The notes: generated from the sequence alone by a model not told the origin. A stretch of 63,986 nucleotides of DNA, filler included, from Planctomycetota bacterium (GCA_026991575.1; 7 parts of 7 records of this genome joined end to end with filler, not necessarily neighbours in it); one strand, 5' to 3'. Positions 1 to 11,400 are shown, counted from the whole stretch's first letter. Made by a program: numbers and translations.

Positions 1-19
1 CGGGAGGGAGAAGCCGACG

Positions 20-3000
20 ATGACCGCGACACGCAGGGGCGGTACTCTGATCGACCGGATCGTCGCGACGTTCCTGAAAGGCAACTTTACCGTCCTCTTC
101 ATTCTCATCACCCTTGCCCTGGGTGCTGCTGCGCTGCTGATCACGCCGCGCGAAGAGGAGCCGCAGATCGTCGTGCCCATGGCTGACATCTTCGTGCAGA
201 TGCCCGGAGCCAGTGCGCGCGAGGTCGAGCAGCAGGTCGCCACCCGGCTGGAGCGATTGCTGTACCAGATCGACGGGGTCGAGTACGTCTACTCAATGTC
301 CCGGCCCGGCATGGCGATCGTCACGGTGCGGTTCTACGTGGGCGAAGATCGCGAAGACTCCCTCGTGAAGCTCTACAACAAGATCTCCATGCACACCGAC
401 ATCGTCCCTCCGGGCGTGGTCGGCTGGGTGGTCAAACCGGTGGAAATCGATGACGTACCCATCGTGATGGTCACGCTCTGGAGCGATCGCTATGATGACC
501 ATGCTTTAAGACGCATCGCGGAAGAGGTCGAGATCCGCCTGCAGCGCGTCTGGAATACGGCTCGCACGGAGGTGGTCGGCGGGCGGCCCCGCCAGATTAG
601 CGTCTGGCTTGACCCGGACCGCATGGCCGCTCACCGTGTCTCACCGCTTCAGATCGCCGACGTCCTCAAAGCGGCCAACGTCAACGTGCTGGCCGGCAGC
701 TTCCAATCGGCAGATCAGGAGGTTCTGGTCGAGGCCGGGCCGTTCGTACGCTCGGCGCGCGAGCTAGAACAGCTTGTCGTCGGAGTCCACGGCGGCCGGC
801 CTGTATACCTGCGCGACGTGGCCGACGTGGAGGACGGTCCAGCAGAGCCGGAAACATACACGCGCATCGGCTTCGGCCCCGGCTATGAGCCGAAAGACGG
901 CATCGAACCGGACCGGTCCCGAGACTACCCGGCCGTCACCATTGCCATTGCAAAACGCAAGGGCAGCAACGCCGTCTGGGTAGCACGCGACATTGAACGC
1001 GAGCTCGAACGGCTCAAGGGAACCGTTATCCCTGACGGCGTGTACGTGAACATCACGCGTGACTACGGCGAGACCGCCAACGAGAAGGTGAACGAGTTGG
1101 TGCGTGAGCTGGCCACGGCGATCGTCATCGTGGTGGCCATGATCGCGTTCACACTCGGCTGGCGCGAGGCGCTGGTGGTCGCGGCCGCGGTCCCGTTGAC
1201 CTTCTCGCTTACACTATTCATCAACTACCTGGCCGGCTACACGATCAACCGCGTGACCCTCTTTGCGCTCATCCTTTCGCTGGGCCTGATCGTCGACGAC
1301 CCGATCGTCGACGTAGAAAACATCTACCGCCACTTCCGGATGCGCAAGGAGAAGCCCAAGAGGGCCGTGCTGACCGCCGTCCGGGAGGTGCGCCCCCCGA
1401 TTATCTTGGCCACCCTGGCCGTGATCTTCTCATTCCTGCCCATGTTCTTCATCACCGGCATGATGGGACCGTACATGCGACCCATGTCGCTAAACGTGCC
1501 CGTGGCCATGCTGATGTCCATGGTCGTTGCCTTCACCGTGACACCCTGGCTTAGCTACGTGGTGCTCCGCGGTGTGTACGGCAAGAAAGAAAAGCCGTAC
1601 GTGTTGCATGAAACGCTCACGTACCGGATCTACTCACGCATCATGCGGCCGCTGGTCCGACACGGCATCCTTTCCTACCTGGTCCTCTTCGTCACGATCG
1701 GCCTCTTCGTGCTGTCGATCCTGCTGGTCGTCTTCCGGCTGGTCCCGCTGAAGATGTTGCCGTTCGACAACAAGAACGAGCTTCAGATCGTGGTGGACAT
1801 GCCTGAGGGGACCACGCTGGAACGCACCCAGGCGGTGCTCGACGACCTGGCCTCGTACCTGCGCACGGTGAAGGAAGTCACCGAGGTGCTCACCTTCGCC
1901 GGCACGGCTTCGCCTATGGACTTCAATGGCATGGTGCGGCACTACTACCTACGCCGTGGCCCGAACGTGGGCGACATCCGGATCAATCTGGTAGAGAAAC
2001 ACCATCGAGTCCTTCAGAGCCACGAAGTGCACCTGTGGATCCGCAACGAGGTCACGAGGATTGCGGCCAAGCACGGTGCGAACGTCAAGATCGTGGAGGT
2101 GCCACCCGGTCCCCCGGTGCTCAGTACCATCGTGGCCGAAGTGTACGGGCAGCCGGGTATGAGCTACGATGAGCTGATCCGCGGCGCCAAGCTTGTGCGG
2201 CGAATCATGGAGGAGATCCCCGGCGTTGAGGACGTGGACGATACGGTCGAGGAGCCTCAACGCCGCTACGTGTTCCACATCGACCGCGAAAAGGCATCGA
2301 CACATGGCGTCAGTCCGCAGGCCATCGCCCAGACGCTGCGTATGGCGCTGGCCGGGGGAACACCGGGCGAAGAATGGCTGCTGACCGCCGGTGCCGGTGT
2401 CCTGCACAGTGACCGGGAACGAAACCCGGTTCGCATTCTGCTACGCCTGCCACGCGAGGAGCGATCCGGCCTGGCCGAGCTGGAACGACTCTATGTGCCC
2501 ACGATGCGCGGCGACCTGATTCAGCTCGCTGAACTCGGTCGGTTCGAGGCCACCACGCTGCAGCGAACGATATACCACAAGAATCTGCGCCGCGTGGTGT
2601 ACGTGATGGCCGAGGCAGTTGGTATCGCGCCACCCGAGGCAATCCTCCAGCTCTACCGCCGTACCCGCGAAGAGGTGCCGGACGACTACGAGGTCGTCTG
2701 GCGCGGCGAAGGCGAATGGAAGATCACTGTCGATGTGTTCCGCGACCTTGGCATCGCCTTCGGAGCCGCCGTGCTGGCAATCTACGCGCTGCTCGTGTAC
2801 CAGACCTCCAGCTACGCAATGCCGCTACTGATGCTGCTGGCCATTCCGTTGACTATCATCGGCATCATGCCCGGCTTCTGGCTGCTGAACCTCGCCTGGA
2901 ATGTCCCTATTGGCGGCTATGACAACCCGGTCTTTTTCACGGCCACGGCCATGATCGGTATGATCGCACTGGCCGGGATTGCCACCCGGAACGCGATTCT

Positions 3001-3325
3001 GCTCATCGAGTTCGTCCATGCCGAGCTCAGCCGCGGCTCAGACCTAGAAGAGGCCATTGTCTGTAGCGGCGCGGTGCGGTTCCGGCCGATCTTCCTGACC
3101 GCTGGCACGGCCATGCTCGGCGCCTGGCCCATCACCCTCGACCCGGTCTTCTCCGGCCTGGCCTGGGCGCTGATCTTCGGACTGGGCGTCTCCACTGCCT
3201 TCACTCTCGTCATCGTGCCCATCGTCTACTGCCTCGTGTACGCGTCACACCCGACGCACGGACTGCCGATCCTGGGCGAAGAGGACGAGGAAGATCAGGA
3301 CCACCAGACGGGAACGTCACCGTAG
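20..3325 (+). CDS. RND efflux transporter permease (AcrB/CusA family)
   Basis: 1101 aa with duplicated TM/periplasmic layout; motifs PREEEPQI, GLIVDDPIVDVENIYRH, RFRPIFLT; GGGAG upstream. Confidence 0.95.
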   Translation: MTATRRGGTLIDRIVATFLKGNFTVLFILITLALGAAALLITPREEEPQIVVPMADIFVQMPGASAREVEQQVATRLERLLYQIDGVEYVYSMSRPGMAIVTVRFYVGEDREDSLVKLYNKISMHTDIVPPGVVGWVVKPVEIDDVPIVMVTLWSDRYDDHALRRIAEEVEIRLQRVWNTARTEVVGGRPRQISVWLDPDRMAAHRVSPLQIADVLKAANVNVLAGSFQSADQEVLVEAGPFVRSARELEQLVVGVHGGRPVYLRDVADVEDGPAEPETYTRIGFGPGYEPKDGIEPDRSRDYPAVTIAIAKRKGSNAVWVARDIERELERLKGTVIPDGVYVNITRDYGETANEKVNELVRELATAIVIVVAMIAFTLGWREALVVAAAVPLTFSLTLFINYLAGYTINRVTLFALILSLGLIVDDPIVDVENIYRHFRMRKEKPKRAVLTAVREVRPPIILATLAVIFSFLPMFFITGMMGPYMRPMSLNVPVAMLMSMVVAFTVTPWLSYVVLRGVYGKKEKPYVLHETLTYRIYSRIMRPLVRHGILSYLVLFVTIGLFVLSILLVVFRLVPLKMLPFDNKNELQIVVDMPEGTTLERTQAVLDDLASYLRTVKEVTEVLTFAGTASPMDFNGMVRHYYLRRGPNVGDIRINLVEKHHRVLQSHEVHLWIRNEVTRIAAKHGANVKIVEVPPGPPVLSTIVAEVYGQPGMSYDELIRGAKLVRRIMEEIPGVEDVDDTVEEPQRRYVFHIDREKASTHGVSPQAIAQTLRMALAGGTPGEEWLLTAGAGVLHSDRERNPVRILLRLPREERSGLAELERLYVPTMRGDLIQLAELGRFEATTLQRTIYHKNLRRVVYVMAEAVGIAPPEAILQLYRRTREEVPDDYEVVWRGEGEWKITVDVFRDLGIAFGAAVLAIYALLVYQTSSYAMPLLMLLAIPLTIIGIMPGFWLLNLAWNVPIGGYDNPVFFTATAMIGMIALAGIATRNAILLIEFVHAELSRGSDLEEAIVCSGAVRFRPIFLTAGTAMLGAWPITLDPVFSGLAWALIFGLGVSTAFTLVIVPIVYCLVYASHPTHGLPILGEEDEEDQDHQTGTSP

Positions 3326-3587
3326 CAGGCAGTTGGGCACACGCGCAAGCCGGCGGCGAAGTCCTACTTATTAGCTTTGCCCGGACGTAGCAGCAGCGCG
3401 GGGCGCCCCGAGAGCAGCTCGGGCACAAGTCGACGAACTGTGTCCTGCCGGGATGGGCCGTACCAACCCGGCCCCGCGGCCTCAACAATTGAGCCGCGTC
3501 CCTGCTGGCACGCAGGCTCACGTTGCATTCCAGACATTAGCGCAGGAAGGCGCGTTCCGGCCGAAGCCGACGATTGCGGACCGCCCC

Positions 3588-4982
3588 TCAGCGACTGCCT
3601 TCCTCGATTTCCTGATAGACCTTCATCATGATTCGGCGGTAGGGCTGGGGGTTCGGGAAACGAGGGGGGACATTCTTGCTGTTCCAGGCTTCATAGAGGG
3701 ACCGAAGTCGTGCTACCACCTCTGGTTTATCCCCGGCCAGGTCCTGGCTTTCGCCGATATCGGCCGCCAGGTCGTAGAGCTCGACCGGGCGGTCCGCGCT
3801 GGGCTTAAGCAGCTTCCACCTGCCGGCGCGCACAGCCCACTGCCTGCCCCCGGCGGTCCGCCAGAAGAGCGCCTCATGGGGATCGCCCTCTTTTTCGCCG
3901 CGGAAGTAAGGCACCAGGTTTACGCCCTCCAGACCGGCTCGCTGTTGCCGGTTCAGACCGGCCAGCTCCGCGGCCGTCGCGGCGATGTCCAGACAGCTAA
4001 CCGGCCGCTCGTATGTCCTGCCCTCCGGCAGCGTTCCGGGCCAGCTGACCAGGAAGGGCACGCGAATGCCCCCTTCGTAGAGCATGCCTTTCCGCCCCCG
4101 TAGCGGTCGATTTGAGCTGCCGCTTGTACGCGGAATACCGCCGTTGTCGCTCAGGAAGAAGACGACCGTGCGCCGGCGCAGCCCGGTGCGCTCCAGTGCA
4201 TCCAGAATCCGCCCAACCCCGGCGTCCAAACCGACCACCATCGCGGCATAGACGCGCCGCTTCCGATCGTCGATCCCCTGCGTCTGCTTCAAGTACTTTT
4301 CCGGAGCCTGCAGCGGCGTATGAGGAGCGTTGTACGCGACGTACAGGAAAAACGGCTCGTCACGATGCCTCTCAATGAACCGCACGGCTGCATCGGTCAG
4401 GGCGTCTGTCAGGTAGCCATCGAACACAACCGGTCTGCCGTTCTCCTCCAGGGGCAGGAAGTAGCCACCCAGAAGCGGCTGACGCAGGTCCACGCGGAAG
4501 TAGTCGTGCCCGCCGCCAAGAAAGCCGTAGAAGTAATCGAATCCTCGGCGGGTCGGATGAAATGGCGCCGCGGCACCCAGGTGCCACTTACCAATCACCG
4601 CCGACCGATAGCCTGCTTGCTTCAGCCGGTCTGCGATCGTTGGCTCTTCGCGATGTAGCCCAAGGAACGGGTTCAGCGGGTCGTAGGCGGGGTTGTTCTC
4701 GTTGCCGAACCGTTGCTGGTATCGGCCCGTGATCAGCCCCGCCCGCGTAGGACTGCAGTACGGATGGGTCACATAGCCGTCCGTACACCGGACCCCCGTG
4801 TGGGCGAGCCGATCGATGTTCGGCGTGGCGATATCGGTGCATCCGTGTACGCTGATGTCGGCATAGCCCAGGTCGTCAGCGAGGATCACGACGATATTGG
4901 GGAGATCGGCTGCTGTGACACTCGTGCCCCACACTGCAACCGCAAGCAATGCGGTTACCGCAGCGTATCGACAGCATCTCAT
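3588..4982 (-). CDS. Secreted sulfatase (formylglycine type)
   Basis: PNIVVILADDLG, CSPTRAGLITG (CxPxR), GKWHLG, SDNG; signal peptide from ATG at 4982. Confidence 0.93.
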   Translation of the reverse strand: MRCCRYAAVTALLAVAVWGTSVTAADLPNIVVILADDLGYADISVHGCTDIATPNIDRLAHTGVRCTDGYVTHPYCSPTRAGLITGRYQQRFGNENNPAYDPLNPFLGLHREEPTIADRLKQAGYRSAVIGKWHLGAAAPFHPTRRGFDYFYGFLGGGHDYFRVDLRQPLLGGYFLPLEENGRPVVFDGYLTDALTDAAVRFIERHRDEPFFLYVAYNAPHTPLQAPEKYLKQTQGIDDRKRRVYAAMVVGLDAGVGRILDALERTGLRRRTVVFFLSDNGGIPRTSGSSNRPLRGRKGMLYEGGIRVPFLVSWPGTLPEGRTYERPVSCLDIAATAAELAGLNRQQRAGLEGVNLVPYFRGEKEGDPHEALFWRTAGGRQWAVRAGRWKLLKPSADRPVELYDLAADIGESQDLAGDKPEVVARLRSLYEAWNSKNVPPRFPNPQPYRRIMMKVYQEIEEGSR

Positions 4983-5133
4983 GGTGCCTAACTCCGTGCG
5001 CGTGTGCTTCTCAAAGGTCGCTTGCGCCTTGTCTGCAGCCCCCGCCGCCGATCGGCACCACCCGAGCGTCGCGGTCCCGATTCCAGGGCCACCGGGCTCT
5101 CTGCGGCCGAAACCCGCGCAGGGACGCGTCGGG

Positions 5134-5607
5134 CTAACTTGGCTCGACTTCCGCCCACAGCGCGATCTGTACTGGCGCATTCAGCGGCATGTCATGCACG
5201 CCCAGGGCGACGCGCGTATGTTTGCCACGTTCGCCAAAGATAGCCGTCAGTAGCTCCGACGCTGCGTTCAGTACGACCGGGTGGTCATGGAAGCCGGGGG
5301 CCGCATGCACATAGCCGTCCAGGCGGAAGATCTGCTTGATGCGGTCCAGTTCACCGACGGCGGCACGCAGCTGGGCAACGGCGTTCAGGACGCAGCAGCG
5401 GGCCGCTTCCTGAGCCGTTTCCATGTCGACCTCGTTGCCGACCCGACCGGTGGCGATGAGCTTGCCATCGCGGAACGGAAGCTGGCCGGATGTGACCACG
5501 AACGGGCCGAACCGAAGCACGGGGACGTAGCTGCCCACCGCTGCCGGCGCAGGCGGTAGGCTGATGCCCAGTTCACGCAACCGTTGCTCCACGGTTCCGG
5601 ATGCCAT
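5134..5607 (-). CDS. RidA/YjgF family protein
   Basis: GSYVP, SGQLP, NAASELL, GKHTRVALG; GGAGG RBS. Confidence 0.9.
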   Translation of the reverse strand: MASGTVEQRLRELGISLPPAPAAVGSYVPVLRFGPFVVTSGQLPFRDGKLIATGRVGNEVDMETAQEAARCCVLNAVAQLRAAVGELDRIKQIFRLDGYVHAAPGFHDHPVVLNAASELLTAIFGERGKHTRVALGVHDMPLNAPVQIALWAEVEPS

Positions 5608-5839
5608 AGGCTAACCTCCAGGCGTTGCTAGGAGAGTCCGCCCTCCCTCCTCCGAATGCGATTCAGTTTAGCACCGGCTGACGGCCGCTGACATGCCTGT
5701 GCGCGGACGTGGCGGCAGGAAGCCGGTTTCTGACGGAGCAGCCTTCCCTCCGGGCCGCTTTGCTAAAGTGTTCTCGGCAGCGGGCAGATGCGTTGGAAGG
5801 TATCGGCGATCGGGAGTAGTGCTTAAGCGGGCGCCTGCA

Positions 5840-7432
5840 ATGAAGCGATTCCCTCACGTGTTCGCTCATCTTGCCGTGCTGGTGCTGGGCATGCCGGGTG
5901 CGGTAGCGGGGGGCGAGTCGGCGACGATTGTGCTGCGCGGGGGCATGGTCTACGACGGTACAGGTCAGCCCGGCCGCTCGGTCGACGTGGTCTTGCGGGG
6001 AAACAAGATCGTCCAGGTTGGCAAGGTCGGTCGGCAGGTTGCCGGAGCACGCGTGATCGATGTCACCGGCCTGGTCGTTTGCCCCGGTTTCATCGATCTG
6101 CACAACCACAGCGACGAGAACATCCTCAAGCCGGAGTCGCGTGTGGCGCTCAACTATCTGACGCAAGGCGTCACGACGATCGTCACCGGGAACTGCGGCT
6201 TTGGGCCGGTCGATGTTGCGGGCTACTACAGGCGGCTTGCCAGGCAGGGGGCCGGAGTGAACGTTGCCCATCTGGTGCCTCACGGGGCGTTGCGCGAGCA
6301 GGTGATGGGCAACGTGAATCGGGCTGCAAATGAACGTGAGCTTGATCGGATGAAGCGGCTGCTGCGCAAGGGACTCCGCGCGGGCGCCTGGGGCATGAGC
6401 ACCGGGCTGATCTACACGCCCGGCTGCTACGCGAACACGGAGGAATTGATCGAGCTGGCGCGGGTGGTTGCGGAGGTCGATGGCCTCTATGCCAGCCATA
6501 TCCGTGGCGAAGATGCCCAGCATCTCTGGGACGCGCTGGAGGAGGCGCTGCGCATAGGGCGGGAGGCGGGCGTTCGCGTGCACATCTCGCACTTCAAGGC
6601 CTCCGGTCCCGACGCATGGGGTTCGCTGCCGGCAGCCTGCAAACTGCTGGAACGCGCCCGTGCAGCCGGACTGAGCGTGACGGCCGACCAGTATCCGTAT
6701 ACGGCATCGAGCACATCCGTGGCTGCGATGACGATCCCGCAGGAGGCACGCGAAGGGGGCCGCAAACGAATGCTTGCTCGCTTGACCGATGCCCACGAAG
6801 GGCCGCGTTGGCGAAAGCGTATTGCAGAGGGGCTTGCGAAGCGCGGGGGCCCAGAGACGATCATGATCGCCGCCCTAAAGCAACGGCCTGAATGGGTCGG
6901 TAGGACATTGGCAGAGATAGCGCAAGCCACGAGGATGGATCCGGTGGACGTCATCATTGAGATTGAAAAGCTGGGCGGTGCCAGCGCCGTTGCGTTCACG
7001 ATGCACGAAGACGATGTGCGGTACGCGATGATGAAACCTTACGTCGCGACCGCTTCGGACGGGGCTGCCCGTGTGCCGGACGAAACGCTACCCCATCCCC
7101 GCTCATACGGCTGTTTTCCCCGCAAGATCGGCCGATACGCGCTGGAGCACAAGGTCCTGCCACTCGAACAAGCGATCCGCTCCTGCACCGGCCTACCGGC
7201 CGATATCCTCGGCCTGCCGCGTCGTGGCTATCTGAAGCCGGGCTACGTGGCAGACGTCCTGGTGTTCGATCCCGAGACGTTTCGTGACCACGCCACCTTT
7301 CGCGAGCCGCACCGGTACTCAACCGGGGTGGTGTACCTGTTTGTAAACGGGGAGCTCGTCCTCGATTACGGCCGCTTCACCGGTCGGCTGGCGGGCAAGC
7401 CGCTCCGCAAGACGGCATCCGAGCTGCGCTAG
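5840..7432 (+). CDS. N-acyl-D-amino-acid deacylase (amidohydrolase family)
   Basis: PGFIDLHNHSD, QGVTTIVTGNCG, SHIR, HISHFK, HPRSYG; signal peptide from ATG 5840. Confidence 0.9.
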   Translation: MKRFPHVFAHLAVLVLGMPGAVAGGESATIVLRGGMVYDGTGQPGRSVDVVLRGNKIVQVGKVGRQVAGARVIDVTGLVVCPGFIDLHNHSDENILKPESRVALNYLTQGVTTIVTGNCGFGPVDVAGYYRRLARQGAGVNVAHLVPHGALREQVMGNVNRAANERELDRMKRLLRKGLRAGAWGMSTGLIYTPGCYANTEELIELARVVAEVDGLYASHIRGEDAQHLWDALEEALRIGREAGVRVHISHFKASGPDAWGSLPAACKLLERARAAGLSVTADQYPYTASSTSVAAMTIPQEAREGGRKRMLARLTDAHEGPRWRKRIAEGLAKRGGPETIMIAALKQRPEWVGRTLAEIAQATRMDPVDVIIEIEKLGGASAVAFTMHEDDVRYAMMKPYVATASDGAARVPDETLPHPRSYGCFPRKIGRYALEHKVLPLEQAIRSCTGLPADILGLPRRGYLKPGYVADVLVFDPETFRDHATFREPHRYSTGVVYLFVNGELVLDYGRFTGRLAGKPLRKTASELR

Positions 7433-7499
7433 CCGCTGTTTCGCTAGCTGCGCAGCCATACCGGACAGCAATACGACCTCTCTCGCGCGGCGCCCGGGC

Positions 7500-8810
7500 T
7501 CAGTCGCTCTTGCGTACCCAGTCCGGAACGGTGCCGTCCCCGGTAGGTTCGCCCTGCAGCACCCAGCTCAGATTGAAGCGGGCAAACTGCATCGCCGTGT
7601 AGCGGCCTTCCGGCCCCCCTTCGAAGAGCAGAAAGATCGTGCCTTCGCCCGCAGTGCCGTGGCGGCCGACGCCCAAGCTCGAGTAGGCAGCCGGTCCTTC
7701 GTATAACAACCGCTTGATCGGCCAGCTTCGGCCGCCGTCGAAGCTCGCCCATACCGTCAGGCGAGCCCGCTCGCCGCCGGCGGTGTCCGCGTTGGTGTAC
7801 AGCAGGATGTCGCGGCCGCGGACCGGCAGCCGTACCAGGCCACCTTTCATGCCATAGCCACGGTTGTAACCACCACCGTCCACCAACACCTGACTGATCC
7901 GGTACTCCTCCCACGTGTGCCCACCGTCGTAGCTCCATGCCTCACGCCGGTGCCAGCTGTCCGGTCCCAGTTTCCGGGCGCGGCGCCGGTCGTAAAAGCC
8001 TCGGTGGCTACGCGTGTTGTAGTAAATCGTGCCGTCGTGCAATTCCACCAGGGCGGCTTCTTCCGTGTAGCCCTCTGGGAACAGCTCGCTGACCTTCCAG
8101 GTTCGCCCGCGGTCGTCGCTGTAAAACGCACAGCTGTAGATGGCATCCACGGGCTTGCGATCGGAAGGATGCTCGGGTGCATGTGGTCGGAACGTGCCGC
8201 TGACGATCAGCCGGCCCGCGAACTTGCCTCGCAGCAGCGTGATGCCCGCCTCACTGGCGTTCGCATGCAAGTAGTAGGTGCCGGCAACGGCCCGATCCCG
8301 AACCCCCCGTCGCTTCAATCCGACTTCTTCCAGCCAGCGCATCAGCCCATTCGGGCGGATGCGGACGGGTTGCTCGCGCCAGCTACGACCGCCGTCGCTG
8401 CTGCGGAAAAGCCGATCTCGACCGTCCCAGAGCCGCAGGACGAGCAGGTCGCCGGTCTGCTCATCGACGATGATGTTGCTGTCCGAATGTCGGATTGGCA
8501 CCTTGATCGGCTCGCTCCAGCTCCGGCCGCCATCCTCGCTGCGGCGCAGCAAGCCAACGTAGTTCCGCACGATTAAGACCGTGCCGTCCGTGGTCACAGC
8601 CAGATATGGCTCGCGCACCTGACCGTCGCCGCGGAAAACCTCTTGGATCTCAAGGAAAGGCTTGCCCAAAAAGGGGGCAAGCGGCCCATCAGGCTCCGGT
8701 AGGCCCTCGCCGGCCGAGGCCGACGCGGCCAGCGTGCCCGGCAACCGCACAATCGAAGTCGCGGCAAGAAGAAGCACGGCTGCAGTAGCAAGTTGCGTGG
8801 CGCGACGCAT
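7500..8810 (-). CDS. Sialidase-like BNR/Asp-box beta-propeller protein, secreted
   Basis: Five Asp-boxes (SEDGGRSW, SSDGGRSW, SDDRGRTW, SYDGGHTW, SFDGGRSW), AYSSL, LLFEGG. Confidence 0.85.
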   Translation of the reverse strand: MRRATQLATAAVLLLAATSIVRLPGTLAASASAGEGLPEPDGPLAPFLGKPFLEIQEVFRGDGQVREPYLAVTTDGTVLIVRNYVGLLRRSEDGGRSWSEPIKVPIRHSDSNIIVDEQTGDLLVLRLWDGRDRLFRSSDGGRSWREQPVRIRPNGLMRWLEEVGLKRRGVRDRAVAGTYYLHANASEAGITLLRGKFAGRLIVSGTFRPHAPEHPSDRKPVDAIYSCAFYSDDRGRTWKVSELFPEGYTEEAALVELHDGTIYYNTRSHRGFYDRRRARKLGPDSWHRREAWSYDGGHTWEEYRISQVLVDGGGYNRGYGMKGGLVRLPVRGRDILLYTNADTAGGERARLTVWASFDGGRSWPIKRLLYEGPAAYSSLGVGRHGTAGEGTIFLLFEGGPEGRYTAMQFARFNLSWVLQGEPTGDGTVPDWVRKSD

Positions 8811-8941
8811 TGGACTACCTCGGCAACACGACCATCATCCTGCAAAGGGGACGACGACACGCGCAGAGTATAGCGGCGCGGGGAGCGGAAGAGGCACCAG
8901 GGAGCCGGCATGGTGTGATGGACTGGTGCCGGCCAGGACGA

Positions 8942-9484
8942 TCAGCGTCGGAAACGGCGTGCCAGTTCTTCCGGCAGGCGCTCGCGGTTCGCGACCGTTA
9001 CACGGATCAGCTCAACCAGCGGACTGCGGCGAAGTTCTGCCGGGAGCCCGCCCGCACGCTCCGCCACCGTGCCGAGTACAGCGATGCCGCTATGGAGCAC
9101 TTCCCGTACCAGCGTCACGAACTCCGGTAGCAGGCACTCCATCTTGCCGACCTCATCGAGTACGATCAGCTCGGCAACGCGCCATTCTGCGGCGAACTCC
9201 GCAGCGAGCAGTTCGGAAAAGGCATCGGTGCACACCAGATAGCGGCCGACCCGCGGACCGGCGCCCGGCTTGGCCTCGGCCAACGGCCGGCACAACCCGC
9301 TCCGGAGCCCGATTGCTTCAAATCCAACGCGCTCTCCGCCGCGCCGCCGCTCGCGGGTGTAGAACCCGACCAGCGCCATCGGCCGGAGAGCTTCAACCGT
9401 GCGGAGCACGACAGTAGTCTTGCCCACGCCCGGTCGACCGGTCAGGAAGATGCGGGTTGGCTTGCCCTGGCCAGATGCCACCAC
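8942..9484 (-). CDS. Nucleoside-triphosphatase (NTPase_1/THEP1 family)
   Basis: GRPGVGKT Walker A, GFYTRE, VGRY, LDEVGKMEC. Confidence 0.88.
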   Translation of the reverse strand: MVASGQGKPTRIFLTGRPGVGKTTVVLRTVEALRPMALVGFYTRERRRGGERVGFEAIGLRSGLCRPLAEAKPGAGPRVGRYLVCTDAFSELLAAEFAAEWRVAELIVLDEVGKMECLLPEFVTLVREVLHSGIAVLGTVAERAGGLPAELRRSPLVELIRVTVANRERLPEELARRFRR

Positions 9485-9579
9485 ACGTACCTCGTGCTAC
9501 CTCTGCTGGGATGCCAATCTTACGCGGGCACGATGCCATCGTCGCCGACGCGGCCTTAGCTGGACGGCGACGGCCACGG

Positions 9580-9608
9580 TTGAAGTTCGACTAGTGCGTT
9601 AGTACAAT
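9580..9608 (+). promoter_or_regulatory. Putative sigma70 promoter for the DUF1559 gene
   Basis: TTGAAG-17 nt-TACAAT about 145 nt upstream of the start. Confidence 0.5.
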
Positions 9609-9751
9609 GGCGCCGTACCCCTGGGGGGTTCTTTTCATGCTGGTACTCACTCGCGTCATTCTTGCTTCCCGGGGTTTGGGGGTCACGTCGTAGGGCGCCG
9701 CTGGATGGTTGAGCAGATTATTGCGTCGTGGTCATGCGGAGGAGGTTTCAG

Positions 9752-10834
9752 ATGCCCGTGCAGCGATTTCGTGCTGCGTTCACGTTGATCGAGTTGCTCG
9801 TGGTGATTGCGATCATCGCCGTCCTGATCGCCCTGTTGCTGCCTGCCGTTCAGATGGCGCGCGAGGCGGCCCGACGCGCTCAGTGTCAGAACAATCTCCG
9901 CCAGATTGGCATTGCCTTGCACAACTACCACAGCGTCCACGGCTACTTCCCGCCGGAAGGGATGCGGGTCTACCGAGGCTGGCAGCGGCGGTTCGGGCCG
10001 GGCGGAGAGCAGTGGTGGAGCATGAAGGTGTTCCTGCTGCCATACCTGGACCGAGCCGACGTCTACAACGCAGCCAACCTGGACCTGCGCTCGTACGGGG
10101 AACCCAGGGGGAACTGGGCGAACGATCCGAATGCAACCTTGCGGAAGACGCGGATCGAGACCTTCCTTTGCCCGTCAGATCCTCACTTTGACCATAGCAA
10201 CCCATACGGCACGGCCCAGAACTACGCTGCCAACCAGGGAACTGAGCGGTACTTCAACAACTGGCGCACCAACGGCATTGTCTACCAGCCCGGGTGGGAC
10301 TGGGCGTTCAACAAACCGATCGGGCTGCGGGACATTGTCGACGGCGCTGCGTTCACGGCGGCCTTTGCCGAGTGGATCCGAGGGGGGATGCAGGGACGGA
10401 TGACGGCCGATCGAGGTGACGATCTGGCGGTCATCTGGCACGGCCCGTACTGGTGGCAGGGGGGGCCGGGCCGGCATGCGGGTCGAGAGGGGGATATGTG
10501 GCTGGAGCGGATGTGCGAGCAGTCGACGCGCTACTTCTGGGATTTCAAAGGGGAAGCCTGGTATATCGGGCAGGTAGGACGCGGCGCTGGTATCGGCTTC
10601 TCGAAGCGCCCGAATCGCAAGAGCTGTTCCACACCGGACACCTCCAGCCCGGTCTTGACCTGGGGCAGTGCGGGTGAGTTCCTGATTGCCCCGAGCAGCC
10701 TGCATCGTGGCGGTGTGAACGTGCTCTTTTGCGACGGCCGCGTGCGGTTCGTCAGCCAGGACGTGGACCAGCAGGTCTGGTTCGCGATGGGCACCCGCGA
10801 TGGCCGCGAACCGGTCGACGAGACTGCCTTCTAG
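9752..10834 (+). CDS. DUF1559 prepilin-type N-terminal cleavage/methylation protein
   Basis: AFTLIELLVVIAIIAVLIALLLPAVQMAREAARRAQCQNNLRQIGIALHNY, FLCPSD, C-terminal H-x9-DG (HRGGVNVLFCDG); GGAGGAGG RBS. Confidence 0.95.
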   Translation: MPVQRFRAAFTLIELLVVIAIIAVLIALLLPAVQMAREAARRAQCQNNLRQIGIALHNYHSVHGYFPPEGMRVYRGWQRRFGPGGEQWWSMKVFLLPYLDRADVYNAANLDLRSYGEPRGNWANDPNATLRKTRIETFLCPSDPHFDHSNPYGTAQNYAANQGTERYFNNWRTNGIVYQPGWDWAFNKPIGLRDIVDGAAFTAAFAEWIRGGMQGRMTADRGDDLAVIWHGPYWWQGGPGRHAGREGDMWLERMCEQSTRYFWDFKGEAWYIGQVGRGAGIGFSKRPNRKSCSTPDTSSPVLTWGSAGEFLIAPSSLHRGGVNVLFCDGRVRFVSQDVDQQVWFAMGTRDGREPVDETAF

Positions 10835-11400
10835 TGGCGCCGTGCGGTCTACGCCTCGGGCGTTTCGAAACATTGCCGTTCTGCTGTGAGCGGCGGGTGT
10901 GGCGCCAGGAGGGCTACCAGACACCATCCAGGCGCGTCCCGGCGCAGAGGGCCGTTGGCAACTAGGCGAACACGCAACCGGACCGGTTCGCGCGCGGGGC
11001 AACAGGGCCACGGGTCGGCTGGACACTGCGGGTGCAGAGGGCAAGAGGCTTCTCGTAGATTGTGCCGAGCTGATGCCGATTCTGCGTGCGCAGCCTGCGT
11101 GGACAGGCGGCCGGGCGGGCTATTAGCCCCACAACTGCACGCCAATCCGATAATGCCCGCACGCTCCCGTTCGTCTTCTCGCGACTCGCACCACCGCGTC
11201 GGCGGCGTCACAGGGCAAAGCATTGGCCTGCGCCACCGCCTAGCCCCCCGGCCCCCAAGCCACGCTACGGCGGGCTACGTCGGACCCAAGCTGGGGTTGA
11301 CGGCCGGCGAACAGTGTGGTGCCGTGGAACCTGAAGCTGGTCTGAACTGGCGCAATCCGCAGCTGTGGAAGTCGCCTGCAGGCATGAGCGCAAGGAGGCG